Assembly: GCA_031416875.1 (NCBI GenBank)
Contig: JANOUN010001537.1
Span: forward strand, 1-39,847
Direction of reading: 5' to 3'
Source: Planctomycetota bacterium
GTDB taxonomy: Bacteria; Planctomycetota; Planctomycetia; Planctomycetales; Planctomycetaceae
Length of the DNA stretch: 39,847 nucleotides
How positions within the stretch are numbered: the first letter of the stretch is position 1; each line of letters opens with the position of its first letter. Both the position numbers and the translations under genes were made by a program. Positions 16,297-26,140 of the stretch are shown in pieces. The notes under the pieces are model-generated. The model did no database searches, was not told the origin of the DNA, and worked only from the letters and a program-made list of their open reading frames with translations.

Positions 16297-18344
16297 CCAT
16301 TTTGGCGACAGGGCTTAACACGAACGGGCGCGCATGCTATGCATCGTGCCAGGGCCAAGTTTACATGACCAACGGCTTCGACCCCGTGAAAGTCTGGGAC
16401 GGCGTAAACCAATTATTCCAGGATGCTGGAATTGCTGGGCCAGTGGCGGCGATCGGCGCACCAACGGCGGCGGCAGGCGGCTTCACGGCTGGCGATCATC
16501 TAATCCGTTACCGCTACAAGAAGACCGGCACGGGCTACGTCAGCAATCCATCACCGGCGCTGACGTACACGGTTGCAGGCGGCAACGGCTTGCTGACATT
16601 CAGCATCGGCGGCGCGGGCAACATCGTGACGACTTCCGACACCAAGGTCGATCAGTACGTCATTGAAGTGACGCCAGTGGGCGGCGGCGTATTTTACCAA
16701 GCCATGACGGTCCCGGTTGGCGCGACGACTATCGTTGTGGGCATGCCAGACACGTCATTGATTCAGCAATTCAACTCAGATTCAGAATATGGCAGCAGCG
16801 CGGATCTTGAAACGTTCAGCGCAGCACAGCCACCGCTTGGAACTATTTTCCTGTCGTTTCGTGGCCGTAGCTGGACGATTGGCGACCGACCTTACCCATT
16901 GACGGCGGTGACGTTTACGAACACGTCAACCACGGTCACTGGCACAGGGTTCAATCTCAAATGGGCGGGCATGCTGATCACCAAGACGGGCGACTTCAAC
17001 CGCTACGAGATCGCCAGTGTCACGAACTCGACGACCATGATCTTGTCAAAGGCGTTCTCGGGAACCACCGGCGCAACAACGGCATCGGTGACGTCACGAT
17101 TCCCAAATCGCGGCAGCTACTCACGGCTATTTTACCCAGAGCAATACTACCCCGCAGTGTGGGCGCGCGACTTCCTGGCCGACAAGAGCGATCAGGTCGT
17201 TGCTGCGATCGGGCGCGAAGAGGGTCTGTACGTATTTGGCCGAAGCAACACCGAGGTGCTGATATTCAACTCTGACCCAGCGGCGGCGGCAGGTTCAGTG
17301 CTGTCGTCTTGTCGCGGTCGACGTGGCGCATTCCACAACCGCGTGCTGGTTGACGTGGAAGGCGAATTGTACGCATGGGACCGTCAGGGCATGTGGGCCG
17401 TCAACAAGACGCCGAAGCACATCAGCCTAAAGATTGACCCCATCCTGCCAACGCTGGCGGACTATGCCCAAAGCGAGAAGTTTCACGCGGCCTACGACCC
17501 CGTTGCCCGTGTGGCGATGTTTTTCTACGTGGCCATCGGTGACACTCAGCCCAAATATGCAATGTGCTATGACGTGGCGACAAAGAACTGGTTTGCAGAT
17601 TCCTTCCTGCAAGGGATTACCTCAAGCGCAGTGATGCCAACCACGGACGGGCAAGTTCGTTTGATGCTGGGCGATGAGAACGGCTACAGCTGGTTCATTG
17701 GCGTAGAAAATAACTTTGACGGCACGCCACCAACGTCGCCATCGGTGACCACGGCTCAGGCAGGCGGCAGCACCACGACGTTCTATGTGAACAATCCGCT
17801 GCCAGCTGGCGCATTGAATGGCGTCATGATTTACCGTCCGTCCACCGGTGAAAGCCGCGTGTGCTCTTCAAACGGGGCGAGCAACATCTCTGTCGCCACC
17901 GGGTTTACGACCGCACCGGGGGCCAACGAAGAGATCTATATCGGGCCAATCAATTTCGAGTACCGTACCAAGCATTGGGTCGGGGCTGGCCAAGAAACCA
18001 GGAAGAACCCAGCGTTTTTCACTATCAAGCTCTTCCCTGGCTCTGGCACGGGAACGCTGCGGATTTACTTCTACCCAGATTTCGCCACGACACCGGCTAA
18101 GTTCACCGCGACTACCAGCGATTCCCAGCCGGACGGCGTGACGATTACCAACGGTAACTATTACGCAGAAATCAAGCTGAACGGGGGAAGCGGTGACGGA
18201 TTCATCAGCATTCCCGTCCCTGTGCAGTGGAGCAACGCCATTCAGGCGCGCATCACCAGCATCCGCCCTGACGGCGCGTTACGGATCTTAGACGCGCAGT
18301 TTGTCACCGTTAAGACGGAGATCGCCAATGACATTGGGACGTAA
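16293..18344 (+). CDS. Large tail protein (683 aa), tail-tube-B-like by position
   Basis: ATG 16293 overlaps the stop of the previous gene (ATGA). The ORF is open from 16224. Confidence 0.45.
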   Translation: MTILATGLNTNGRACYASCQGQVYMTNGFDPVKVWDGVNQLFQDAGIAGPVAAIGAPTAAAGGFTAGDHLIRYRYKKTGTGYVSNPSPALTYTVAGGNGLLTFSIGGAGNIVTTSDTKVDQYVIEVTPVGGGVFYQAMTVPVGATTIVVGMPDTSLIQQFNSDSEYGSSADLETFSAAQPPLGTIFLSFRGRSWTIGDRPYPLTAVTFTNTSTTVTGTGFNLKWAGMLITKTGDFNRYEIASVTNSTTMILSKAFSGTTGATTASVTSRFPNRGSYSRLFYPEQYYPAVWARDFLADKSDQVVAAIGREEGLYVFGRSNTEVLIFNSDPAAAAGSVLSSCRGRRGAFHNRVLVDVEGELYAWDRQGMWAVNKTPKHISLKIDPILPTLADYAQSEKFHAAYDPVARVAMFFYVAIGDTQPKYAMCYDVATKNWFADSFLQGITSSAVMPTTDGQVRLMLGDENGYSWFIGVENNFDGTPPTSPSVTTAQAGGSTTTFYVNNPLPAGALNGVMIYRPSTGESRVCSSNGASNISVATGFTTAPGANEEIYIGPINFEYRTKHWVGAGQETRKNPAFFTIKLFPGSGTGTLRIYFYPDFATTPAKFTATTSDSQPDGVTITNGNYYAEIKLNGGSGDGFISIPVPVQWSNAIQARITSIRPDGALRILDAQFVTVKTEIANDIGT

Positions 18345-18819
18345 TCCAGTCGGCGCGAAGAGCAAAGGGGCTGCCGTAAGGTTCGATGACGAATCAACGC
18401 CAGAGGACATGCAAAACCAGATCAATGACGCCATTGACCAGGTGAAAGTTGACATTCAGGGCCTTGCTGGGCTGACTCCAAAGGGCGTCACCACACAAGT
18501 AAACTCTGGAAACTTTCGCTTGGTGGCTCCTGCGGCTGGCGTTATTCGGGTCAAGCTGATCAGCGACACCGCCACCGCTGGCAGCACAGGCGCGATCTAT
18601 CACGTGTTCTCTTTACGGCTGAACGGCGCAGCGGTAGGGACGCAGACCATCGACACTCGCCGCGCAGAGCTTCCGGCATACCTTGGCGGGGTTGGCCTTG
18701 GCGAAGTGCCGGTTGCTGCCGGTGACGTTCTTTCTGTGCTGGTTGCCGTGACTGGCGCACCAGCACCGACATTGACCACGGCCAACCTGTGTCTATCCTG
18801 CACCTTGCGGAGTAACTAA
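18328..18819 (+). CDS. Hypothetical 163-aa virion protein
   Basis: ATG 18328 (the ORF opens at TTG 18301); 17-nt overlap with the upstream gene. Confidence 0.45.
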   Translation: MTLGRNPVGAKSKGAAVRFDDESTPEDMQNQINDAIDQVKVDIQGLAGLTPKGVTTQVNSGNFRLVAPAAGVIRVKLISDTATAGSTGAIYHVFSLRLNGAAVGTQTIDTRRAELPAYLGGVGLGEVPVAAGDVLSVLVAVTGAPAPTLTTANLCLSCTLRSN

Positions 18820-18822
18820 TTT

Positions 18823-19764
18823 ATGCCAAACGGATATGCCGAAGCCAGAGCCAGTCCAGAGTCCGTAAAAGCGTACATGGCGCGGAATCCCGGCATGAAT
18901 TACGAGACTGCGGCCAATAAGATCGTCAACATGGCAGGCACCACCAGCGGTCGGCCTGTTTACGGCGGCATTACTACGACAGGTCAGCGGCTTCCGCCAG
19001 TAGGAGGACCGGCAGGAGGGGGGCAGTCAGGCGGCGGGAGCGGTTCAGGAAGCGCCGCGCAGCAATGGTTGAACGACGTGCTCTCAGGCAAGAACCTACC
19101 ATTCAACGCGCAGGTCCAAGCGCAGCAAATAAGCCAGGCGTCTGACATGAATGCCGCTGGCGAAGCAGCACGCAACGGCCAGATCGATGCCAATGCTGCC
19201 GCTGGCGGAGCATCTGCGCACGACCCTTCATTGCAGGGCGCTAAGGCGTCTAACTTCGCACGCCGCCAAACGGAAAACCAACAGGCCGCACGCGACATTT
19301 CCGAACGCGGAACGGCGCAGAATTACGCAGCCCAACGCTCGGCAGCTGGCGAACTAAACGGCGATCAGATGCAGCGCGACAGCTGGGCGCAACAAGCCGC
19401 CATGCAACGCGAAGGCTGGCAGCACCAGCAGTCCATGGCTTCCAGCGGCGGGCGCGGCGGGAATGCCGGTGGTGGGTGGGGCGGCGAGAGCCGTAACCAA
19501 TTCGGCGGTGGCTTCGCGTTCCTGCCAACGTCTAACAATAGCCAGCGTGATAATAACACTAACTATTTGACAACCGGAAAGGTGACGGGCTACACGCCTG
19601 GCATGTTTGATTCTGCGCCAGAACCAGCTCGCCAAGCCGCGCTTCCGCAAAAGCCAGTCAACGCAGGCAAGGGTCAGGGCCAGCCAAACGGAATCTGGGC
19701 TGGCCCGCCAGGAACGCCGCCAAAGAAACCGGGACCGTCCAGCGGCCCGCCACTCTCTTACTAA
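18823..19764 (+). CDS. Internal-virion-like protein (313 aa), Gly/Gln/Ala/Asn-rich low complexity
   Basis: GGPAGGGQSGGGSGSGS and GGRGGNAGGGWGG tracts; lies in the run of genes after the tail-tube-like genes. Confidence 0.45.
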   Translation: MPNGYAEARASPESVKAYMARNPGMNYETAANKIVNMAGTTSGRPVYGGITTTGQRLPPVGGPAGGGQSGGGSGSGSAAQQWLNDVLSGKNLPFNAQVQAQQISQASDMNAAGEAARNGQIDANAAAGGASAHDPSLQGAKASNFARRQTENQQAARDISERGTAQNYAAQRSAAGELNGDQMQRDSWAQQAAMQREGWQHQQSMASSGGRGGNAGGGWGGESRNQFGGGFAFLPTSNNSQRDNNTNYLTTGKVTGYTPGMFDSAPEPARQAALPQKPVNAGKGQGQPNGIWAGPPGTPPKKPGPSSGPPLSY

Positions 19765-19781
19765 CTTATCACAGGATACCT

Positions 19782-20996
19782 ATGCCAAGCCTATTCGACC
19801 AACTGAATCCATACGGCCAAACCAGCCGCGTTGACCAATCGCCACCAGAGAACGCCTACAACGTATCTCGGCCACTCGACAACCGCGTTTTGGGCGAAGT
19901 TCCTGCCGATCGTGCAGCTGCGTTTCGCAAGAAGCGCCTTGACATGCAGGGCAATGTCATCGACCTCGACAATATGCCTGCCGACGCCACGGTGATCAAA
20001 AACCACCGCTCGCCAACGCCGCAATTTGACCGCAACACGCCGCAAGTTGACCGCGATTATGCGTCAAAGAACATGCAGGACGTAGCACGCGCCAACGGCA
20101 CGCTGGATGAAACCACCGGTTACGCCAAGCGCGAGCCGTTGAAGGGCTACAACAACACCACCGGTGAATACTTCACCATGGCAGCTGGCGGTGAGCGTGT
20201 TTCCGATGCACGCGCACGTGAATGGGCGAACCGCATCCGCGCCAATGACGTTACTGCGGCTGGCATCGAAGAGCGCAAATTGGCAGCGCAGTCTGCACGC
20301 GATGATGCGCTTGCCGCGCGGACAGAGCGGTCCAGTGCCAGCAAGCTGGAAGGTGACCGGTTCACGGAGATTGCCCGTCACAACAAGGCCGTAGAAGACG
20401 AAGCCATTCGTAACGGCGATGTCAACCGCAGTGGCGTCACGTCGGCGGAGAAGCGCGCTCAGGCGACGTTTGATCAAGCAGCTGTAACTGCCGACCTTGC
20501 TCGCGCAGATCAGATGGAGCCGCAAGCGCGAGCCGCTATTTATGCGAAACACGGCATCGTCTTAGACGCAGCCAAGGCAGGCAGGGAGGCCGAACAGGCG
20601 AAGATGGCAGCGCTTTTCACGGGAATGAAAGACGGGAACTATTCCACTGCTGTAACTGGATACGAAAGCCGTCTCGGCGGTTTCGCTACTCCACAAGAGG
20701 GGTTCGGAAACAACGGTGATACGGTCAAAGGCCTTGGCTCAGATCAGATTTCCTCGCATCGCACTATCCGCGCCCTGAGAGATGACCTTAGCAGCGAGGC
20801 GCGGCGGCTGTCGGCGGCCTATGGCACTGATTACGCAGAGACTCGCCGCCAACTTGTTCTAAAGATAACCAACAGCCTGCCAGCAAAGACGCCGCGCCGT
20901 GACTCTATTATCCAGGCGCTGAGTGAACTGCCTGCTGCTGGCGTTCAGCCCGCAGCGACAGACGCAGCGCCATCGTCATTCTTTCTCAATCCCTAA
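19782..20996 (+). CDS. Internal-virion-like protein (404 aa)
   Basis: ORF with AGGATA upstream; charged, Ala/Arg-rich helical composition. Confidence 0.45.
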   Translation: MPSLFDQLNPYGQTSRVDQSPPENAYNVSRPLDNRVLGEVPADRAAAFRKKRLDMQGNVIDLDNMPADATVIKNHRSPTPQFDRNTPQVDRDYASKNMQDVARANGTLDETTGYAKREPLKGYNNTTGEYFTMAAGGERVSDARAREWANRIRANDVTAAGIEERKLAAQSARDDALAARTERSSASKLEGDRFTEIARHNKAVEDEAIRNGDVNRSGVTSAEKRAQATFDQAAVTADLARADQMEPQARAAIYAKHGIVLDAAKAGREAEQAKMAALFTGMKDGNYSTAVTGYESRLGGFATPQEGFGNNGDTVKGLGSDQISSHRTIRALRDDLSSEARRLSAAYGTDYAETRRQLVLKITNSLPAKTPRRDSIIQALSELPAAGVQPAATDAAPSSFFLNP

Positions 20997-21009
20997 ACCA
21001 GGAAATTAA

Positions 21010-21960
21010 ATGGTACTCCCTCTCGCTGGCCTTGCGGCATCTTTCCTTTTGCCGTTTATTCCCAAGATCGTCAATTACGTTGCAGGAACTGACAGCGAGC
21101 TAACCGCACGCGCCAAGCTCCATCCAGTTTACATGGATATGGTGGCCCGGTTAGTCGGCCAAGGGATGACCCGCGAACAGGCGGGACGCGCAGCGGAAGA
21201 AGGCATTCAAGGCGCTCTTCACGAGGCTATGGGCAAAGAATTGCTGCCGCCTTGGGTCGATGACGCGGCCAGCATCGCCAGCATTGCAACCGGCATTGGC
21301 GCTGTTGGCGGACTAAAGGTCCTTTCGGCTGGTGCTAAGCTCGCTGGAGCGAAGATGGCTCAAGGCGGAGCGAAGCTCGCTGGCAAGGCCGCAAAGATGG
21401 AGGAAACCGCTAATCGCATTAACGGAATCACCGCACGCGGGGCAGATCCCGTGCGCAACGCGGGGCTAGGCAAGCAGATTGCTAAGCCAGCACCGGCCAA
21501 GCCGACCTCCGTCAGCAATGCCCTGTCGCAAGAAGAAGACGACCTGGCGAGCATGGTTAACCGCGCGGAGGTGCCGAAGCCAGCAGCGGCCTCGAAGCCG
21601 CTCGGCCAGGACGATATTGACGCGATGCTCAGCCAGACCGCGCCAACCGCCCAAACGAAGGGCAACTTGATGCGACCACTTGGCCTTCCAGCCCCTCGCG
21701 CAACGTCGCTTGAGCAAGAGTTAGCGGCCAGCCGTGCGTCGCGCAACGATTCCCCGATTGCTATGCGCGGGCCTATTCAAGACGCCGAATTTGAGATAAA
21801 CACCCCGCCCTCCGCTCTGCGGCTGCCGTTTAGCAAGCCCACCGCATCGCCGCGTCGGCCAGCGTATCAGGACATTGCCACAGGCCAGTCACGCGATGCG
21901 TTGTTGCAGGACTTAACGCCATCTGAGCTGCGTACCTTGCTCGCCCAAGCGGGCCAGTAA
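21010..21960 (+). CDS. Internal-virion-like protein (316 aa) with an N-terminal hydrophobic segment
   Basis: MVLPLAGLAASFLLPFIPKIVNYVAG hydrophobic start; AGGAA upstream. Confidence 0.45.
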   Translation: MVLPLAGLAASFLLPFIPKIVNYVAGTDSELTARAKLHPVYMDMVARLVGQGMTREQAGRAAEEGIQGALHEAMGKELLPPWVDDAASIASIATGIGAVGGLKVLSAGAKLAGAKMAQGGAKLAGKAAKMEETANRINGITARGADPVRNAGLGKQIAKPAPAKPTSVSNALSQEEDDLASMVNRAEVPKPAAASKPLGQDDIDAMLSQTAPTAQTKGNLMRPLGLPAPRATSLEQELAASRASRNDSPIAMRGPIQDAEFEINTPPSALRLPFSKPTASPRRPAYQDIATGQSRDALLQDLTPSELRTLLAQAGQ

Positions 21961-21966
21961 GCCACC

Positions 21967-24567
21967 ATGCCTGACGAAGATCGCGGCCCATTCATTTCAG
22001 CACTTGGCTGGATGAACGATGTCGGCCAAGTGCCGATGAACTTATTGCGCGGCAGATTCAAGTCTGCGGGCAAGAAGCTTGTCGACGTGCTTGGCGACAT
22101 TCCTGATGCCGTACTTCCTGGCAAATGGATCCCGCATCTGTCCGACGATTCCGATAATATCACCGGCAGCGAAGTGCTGGGCATTGATCCCAAGAAGCAC
22201 CCTCTTTTCAGCGGCATCGCTGACGTTGGCGTAGGCATTGCGGCGAATCCGCTGTCGTACCTTGGCGTCAGAGGCGGCAAGCTGAAAGCTGGCGTCCCGT
22301 TAACCGAAGGGTCGGAAGTTACGGCAGCCACACCGGCGATCGATGCCGTGAAGGACATTGCCAACAAGGCCGCAGAAGCGATGCCAGAGGGGCTGCGTAA
22401 AGTCGTTGACCAGACTGCCAGATCAACGCGCAGGACCGCGAACTACCTGGACGTTCCCGATGAAGCCGCTGCGTTGATGAAGCAGGCGGAGGCAAAAGGG
22501 AAGACCGCTACCCAGCTTTCAGAGACTCGGACCAACCAGATATTCGGCGACATGCTGCCGGAAGAGCGAGACATCGCAGGCCAGGCATTGCAGCGCATTC
22601 GAAAGACAGACGCTAAGGACCGCTCTACCTGGCATGAGATCGATGATCAAGACGCCTTTATCCAGTCACACCCCGACCTTGATCTAGCGGGCGTTTCCCG
22701 CGTCAAGCAAGCGGTTGCAGACACGCATGAGCACGGCCGGTTCCAACGTGACGAAGGCATAGCCGGTGGCGTCCTACGTGACTTGCGTGACGACAACGGC
22801 GAATCATTGCTTGGCGACACCTACGCACATCGCCGATTCACCGGGCGCGAAACGGCACCATTACCAGAGGGCGAAACGGCGGCAGCGCGGTCAACGTCAG
22901 CCAATGAACGAGTCTTCAAGACTCCGACCGAGGTTGTTCAGCATCTTCAAAAGAACCCCGAACTTGATCTTGAATTTGACCCGTTAGCGTCAGGTCTATC
23001 ACGTGCTCGGCAGCAAGGGCAGGATCTTACCAAGGGCGCATTAGGCCGTTCGTTCTCTGGTGAAAAAGACTTCACACTGAACGAAAAGGGGCACATGGCG
23101 AAAATGGATGACGCCATTGCGCAGATGGGCGACACCGACCAAGCGTACCAGCTTAAAAACATGTGGGAGGGCATCCCTGAGCGCGATAGCCACGCATTCA
23201 CCCAGGCGCTACATAAGGGCAACAAGCTATTCAAGTCCGCTGCGACATTCGGCGTAGTCATGCCTCGCATCAGCTTCAACGTTGGCAACCGAGTCGGCGG
23301 GCTTTGGCAAGTTCTGTCGAATGACGCAGCGCGGGGAACCATCGGCGCATCGTCAAAGCGGGCGATGTCGGACCTTCTTGGCGCTATTGATGACGGTGCG
23401 GTTAAGTTGTTCGGCGGCAAGAAGTCTCGCTGGGAAAACGGCGAATTGACCCGCGACTTAACGCACTGGGAAGATTCGTTCAAGAAGGCAAAAGGCGACC
23501 CCAACAAGCTGCGCGAATTGGTTGCAGCGCATCCAGGCGGCGGCAATAACGGCAAGTTTTTACAAGAGGCGCTGGACAACGGCGTGATTGACGCTGGATG
23601 GGTTGACCAGGAAGCGTTGCTGGCAAATGCTGCCGCCACGCCTCTGCGCAAGCGGCTCAATGACATTATGCAATGGCCAGCGTCAATCGCGCAAGGCGTC
23701 GAGCAGCGCATGCGTTACGGCACCTTCAAAGACTTGATGAAGTCCGGCAAGATGTCCGCTGAGAAAGCAGCCAAGACGGTCCGCGATACGTACCTGGATT
23801 ACGCTCAACCTGGCATCGCCAACCGGCGCTTTCGTGACATCGTGCCGTTCGGGGCATTCTTGTCGCAGAACGTCAAGCAACAGGCGGGGTTCGTCGCTCG
23901 CCATCCGGTCGCTGGGGTAGCTGCGAGTCAATTCTACGGCGATCGCGGCGATAACGTGCGCTACCCATGGATGGACAACGGACTTTCGATTCCAGGCGGC
24001 CTGGACGAACAAGGGAATCCGCAGTACATCACCAGCCTGCGACTTCCCGTTGAGGGATTGTCAGCAGTGCCAGGACTTGGCTCTGACGACCTTTACCGTG
24101 ACGTTGGCGGATCATTACAACCATTACTCAAGACGGCAGTCAGTTACGCCACCGGCAAGGACACGTTCACCGGCGGCGACTTCGGGACGTATGACAAGGT
24201 ACTTGGCGAGCACCAAGGCGCACTTGGACGGACCTACAACAACCTACGCAGCACCGGCGTGCTTCAGCCGCTGACTGGTCCAGTTGACCAGCTCACGAAC
24301 TGGTTGGATGACCGGAAGAGCCTTCCTGAGCGCGCAGTTACTGGCGTCACGGGCGTCAAGATGCAGAGCGTCAATCCGGCGCTGGCCAAGAAGATTGAGA
24401 TCGAAACGTACCTCAAGAAGAATCCAGATGTCATGCGCTCAACGCGCTACTTCACGCCAAGCGGCCAGGAGCAAGACCCTGGATTGACGGAATTGCTCAA
24501 TCAGCTGAATCAAGCGAAGGAGACACTGGCTCGACAGAGAGACGCGGCAACGGTGACACATCGCTGA
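21967..24567 (+). CDS. Large internal-virion/ejection-like protein (866 aa)
   Basis: Largest and last gene of the virion block, a position analogous to podovirus ejection proteins. No lysozyme/transglycosylase motif seen. Confidence 0.45.
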   Translation: MPDEDRGPFISALGWMNDVGQVPMNLLRGRFKSAGKKLVDVLGDIPDAVLPGKWIPHLSDDSDNITGSEVLGIDPKKHPLFSGIADVGVGIAANPLSYLGVRGGKLKAGVPLTEGSEVTAATPAIDAVKDIANKAAEAMPEGLRKVVDQTARSTRRTANYLDVPDEAAALMKQAEAKGKTATQLSETRTNQIFGDMLPEERDIAGQALQRIRKTDAKDRSTWHEIDDQDAFIQSHPDLDLAGVSRVKQAVADTHEHGRFQRDEGIAGGVLRDLRDDNGESLLGDTYAHRRFTGRETAPLPEGETAAARSTSANERVFKTPTEVVQHLQKNPELDLEFDPLASGLSRARQQGQDLTKGALGRSFSGEKDFTLNEKGHMAKMDDAIAQMGDTDQAYQLKNMWEGIPERDSHAFTQALHKGNKLFKSAATFGVVMPRISFNVGNRVGGLWQVLSNDAARGTIGASSKRAMSDLLGAIDDGAVKLFGGKKSRWENGELTRDLTHWEDSFKKAKGDPNKLRELVAAHPGGGNNGKFLQEALDNGVIDAGWVDQEALLANAAATPLRKRLNDIMQWPASIAQGVEQRMRYGTFKDLMKSGKMSAEKAAKTVRDTYLDYAQPGIANRRFRDIVPFGAFLSQNVKQQAGFVARHPVAGVAASQFYGDRGDNVRYPWMDNGLSIPGGLDEQGNPQYITSLRLPVEGLSAVPGLGSDDLYRDVGGSLQPLLKTAVSYATGKDTFTGGDFGTYDKVLGEHQGALGRTYNNLRSTGVLQPLTGPVDQLTNWLDDRKSLPERAVTGVTGVKMQSVNPALAKKIEIETYLKKNPDVMRSTRYFTPSGQEQDPGLTELLNQLNQAKETLARQRDAATVTHR

Positions 24568-24772
24568 TGCGGCTTCGTTCGGCCTTCTTCTCGTCAACTA
24601 ACTGACGCAGGCGGATAATTTCATCATGCGCCCAAGCGAGCATTTCCAGCTTGCCGTTGGGGTTGCGGTCAAGATCCACAACGCGGCCTTTGTCCTGAGC
24701 GGAATCAAGGAATGCCCAAATGGCGTCCAGACGGTCATTGTAGCGGCGTGGTTTTATTGAGAAATTAGCCAT
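24497..24772 (-). CDS. Hypothetical 91-aa protein; its 3' end overlaps the convergent 866-aa gene by 71 nt
   Basis: ATGA-type coupling with the upstream gene at 24772. Confidence 0.45.
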   Translation of the reverse strand: MANFSIKPRRYNDRLDAIWAFLDSAQDKGRVVDLDRNPNGKLEMLAWAHDEIIRLRQLVDEKKAERSRISDVSPLPRLSVEPVSPSLDSAD

Positions 24773-25092
24773 TAGAACTCAAAGCCGCCTCGCTCAGTGA
24801 ATGTTTTGCGCCGGTGAGAGCGCCGGTATTGATGCTTGTTCCGCAAACGATACCGAAACGGTCCGCCTGCTGAATACTTTTCCACATCCCACCATGCGTC
24901 CGGCCATTCCGAAAAAACGCGCATCACGTCAACTTCATCAACCCCTAAAAACTGCGCAATCTCGCTTGCTTCCATTGACGGCATTAGGACCTTCTTCTCC
25001 GCGAGAAGAGCGGTAATGTCACCAAGATTCGTGGTTTTGCTGATAGCTAATTGGTACTCGATGGCGAACGATGATACTGATGGACCAATCAT
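24772..25092 (-). CDS. Hypothetical 106-aa protein
   Basis: ORF in the coupled minus-strand chain (ATGA at 25089-25092). Confidence 0.5.
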   Translation of the reverse strand: MIGPSVSSFAIEYQLAISKTTNLGDITALLAEKKVLMPSMEASEIAQFLGVDEVDVMRVFSEWPDAWWDVEKYSAGGPFRYRLRNKHQYRRSHRRKTFTERGGFEF

Positions 25093-25184
25093 TTACTCAG
25101 CCATTTCATGATAATCGCAAACGCGGCCCATGCAGCGATGAACATGATGACGCTGTAAAGGCTTTCCCATTCGTCTTTTTTCAT
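25089..25184 (-). CDS. 31-aa single-TM mini-protein (MKKDEWESLYSVIMFIAAWAAFAIIMKWLSK), below the ORF-track cutoff
   Basis: Own translation; ATGA overlaps at both ends (25089-25092 and 25181-25184). Confidence 0.5.
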   Translation of the reverse strand: MKKDEWESLYSVIMFIAAWAAFAIIMKWLSK

Positions 25185-25372
25185 AATTCACTTCTTTCAA
25201 TAACTTTTACGGTGTCAAGCACCTTCATGTCAGCCTTGCCATTGCCCGTGCGCGTCAGCTCTACGAACACGCGAATAGTTGACGACTTTCCGGTGTCAGG
25301 ATCGTACTTAACCATCCTGTCTAGGCACGGCGGGCACCGGCAAACGGCAAGCCATAGAGAAGTGTCGCTCAT
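25181..25372 (-). CDS. Hypothetical 63-aa protein
   Basis: ATGA coupling at both ends. Confidence 0.5.
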   Translation of the reverse strand: MSDTSLWLAVCRCPPCLDRMVKYDPDTGKSSTIRVFVELTRTGNGKADMKVLDTVKVIERSEL

Positions 25373-25578
25373 GATTCCCTCACCGATTCCGCAGGCCAGC
25401 GCTCGCGTCCCAAAGCATCCCTAGCCACGTTGATAAATGTCTCACACAAGACGCACCTCCGCTCGCTCTCGGTGCCAGGATGAAACACACAGGGGCTTGC
25501 GGTGGCTATTTGGTGGAGGGCTTCGCGCAGCTTTGTGATCATGGATTCTTGCAGCTCGTTATATGCAGATTGTCCCAT
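25369..25578 (-). CDS. Hypothetical 69-aa protein
   Basis: ORF; GGAGAAATAAT precedes the ATG on the minus strand. Confidence 0.5.
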   Translation of the reverse strand: MGQSAYNELQESMITKLREALHQIATASPCVFHPGTESERRCVLCETFINVARDALGRERWPAESVRES

Positions 25579-25681
25579 ATTATTTCTCCATATTCACAGG
25601 GGGAAGAACCGTACCGGCCCAAACAAAGACGCGGCTGCCATATTTATCCTCTAACCAATAGCCCAGGCCGTGCAATTCCGC

Positions 25682-25801
25682 TTACTTGCGGATGTCTTTG
25701 CGCCCCAGATCTCGGTTAATTATGGCCAGATCAACCATAATGATAATATTTACCATCAGTAGAAACGAACAGAAGATTATGAGTTGTATGGATATGTTCA
25801 T
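25682..25801 (-). CDS. 39-aa single-TM mini-protein (MNISIQLIIFCSFLLMVNIIIMVDLAIINRDLGRKDIRK) in a visibly AT-rich patch
   Basis: Internal ATG of the 25682..25882 ORF with AAGGA upstream. Confidence 0.45.
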   Translation of the reverse strand: MNISIQLIIFCSFLLMVNIIIMVDLAIINRDLGRKDIRK

Positions 25802-25805
25802 ATTA

Positions 25806-25988
25806 TTATCCTTGCCCCAGCGCAGGCCGGGAGTTGATTGGTGGGAACGAAATGCCAAGCCGTGAAGCTGATTTAGCAGCACAATTCAAGCAATAATTGC
25901 GCGCCCCAGTTTTGTCGCCATCTTCCGCAACCAGCCGATATACTGCGCGCTTGGCTGAACATGCGGAATCCTGGCAGGGCCAAGGCAT
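25806..25988 (-). CDS. Possible 60-aa zinc-ribbon protein (MPWPCQDSAC...NYCLNC)
   Basis: Distal part of the 25806..26252 ORF; CxxxC...CxxC pattern; weak SD. Confidence 0.3.
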   Translation of the reverse strand: MPWPCQDSACSAKRAVYRLVAEDGDKTGARNYCLNCAAKSASRLGISFPPINSRPALGQG

Positions 25989-26026
25989 TCCGTGCGAATC
26001 GTGGCGGAAGAATGTATATGTCCAAG

Positions 26027-26140
26027 TCACTTGCCGTCCCTCCACCGGGCCAGTCCAAGAAGGACAGTCGTCGCAAGTTCGCCCAAGATAATCATCGGCA
26101 CAACTATAGGCAGCAGCGCGTAAGTGATGATTTTTCTCAT
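26027..26140 (-). CDS. 37-aa single-TM mini-protein (MRKIITYALLPIVVPMIILGELATTVLLGLARWRDGK), below the ORF-track cutoff
   Basis: Own translation; its ATG overlaps the upstream stop (ATGA at 26137-26140). Confidence 0.45.
   Translation of the reverse strand: MRKIITYALLPIVVPMIILGELATTVLLGLARWRDGK

Noticed and set aside
9151-23711. Long antisense or alternate-frame ORFs within the large virion genes (e.g. 9151..9660, 11864..12349, 12551..13060, 14490..14948, 20064..20552, 22947..23711)
   Set aside because: All are embedded in longer, better-supported genes, lack SD or coupling signals, and have Arg/Ala/Ser-rich shadow-frame composition.
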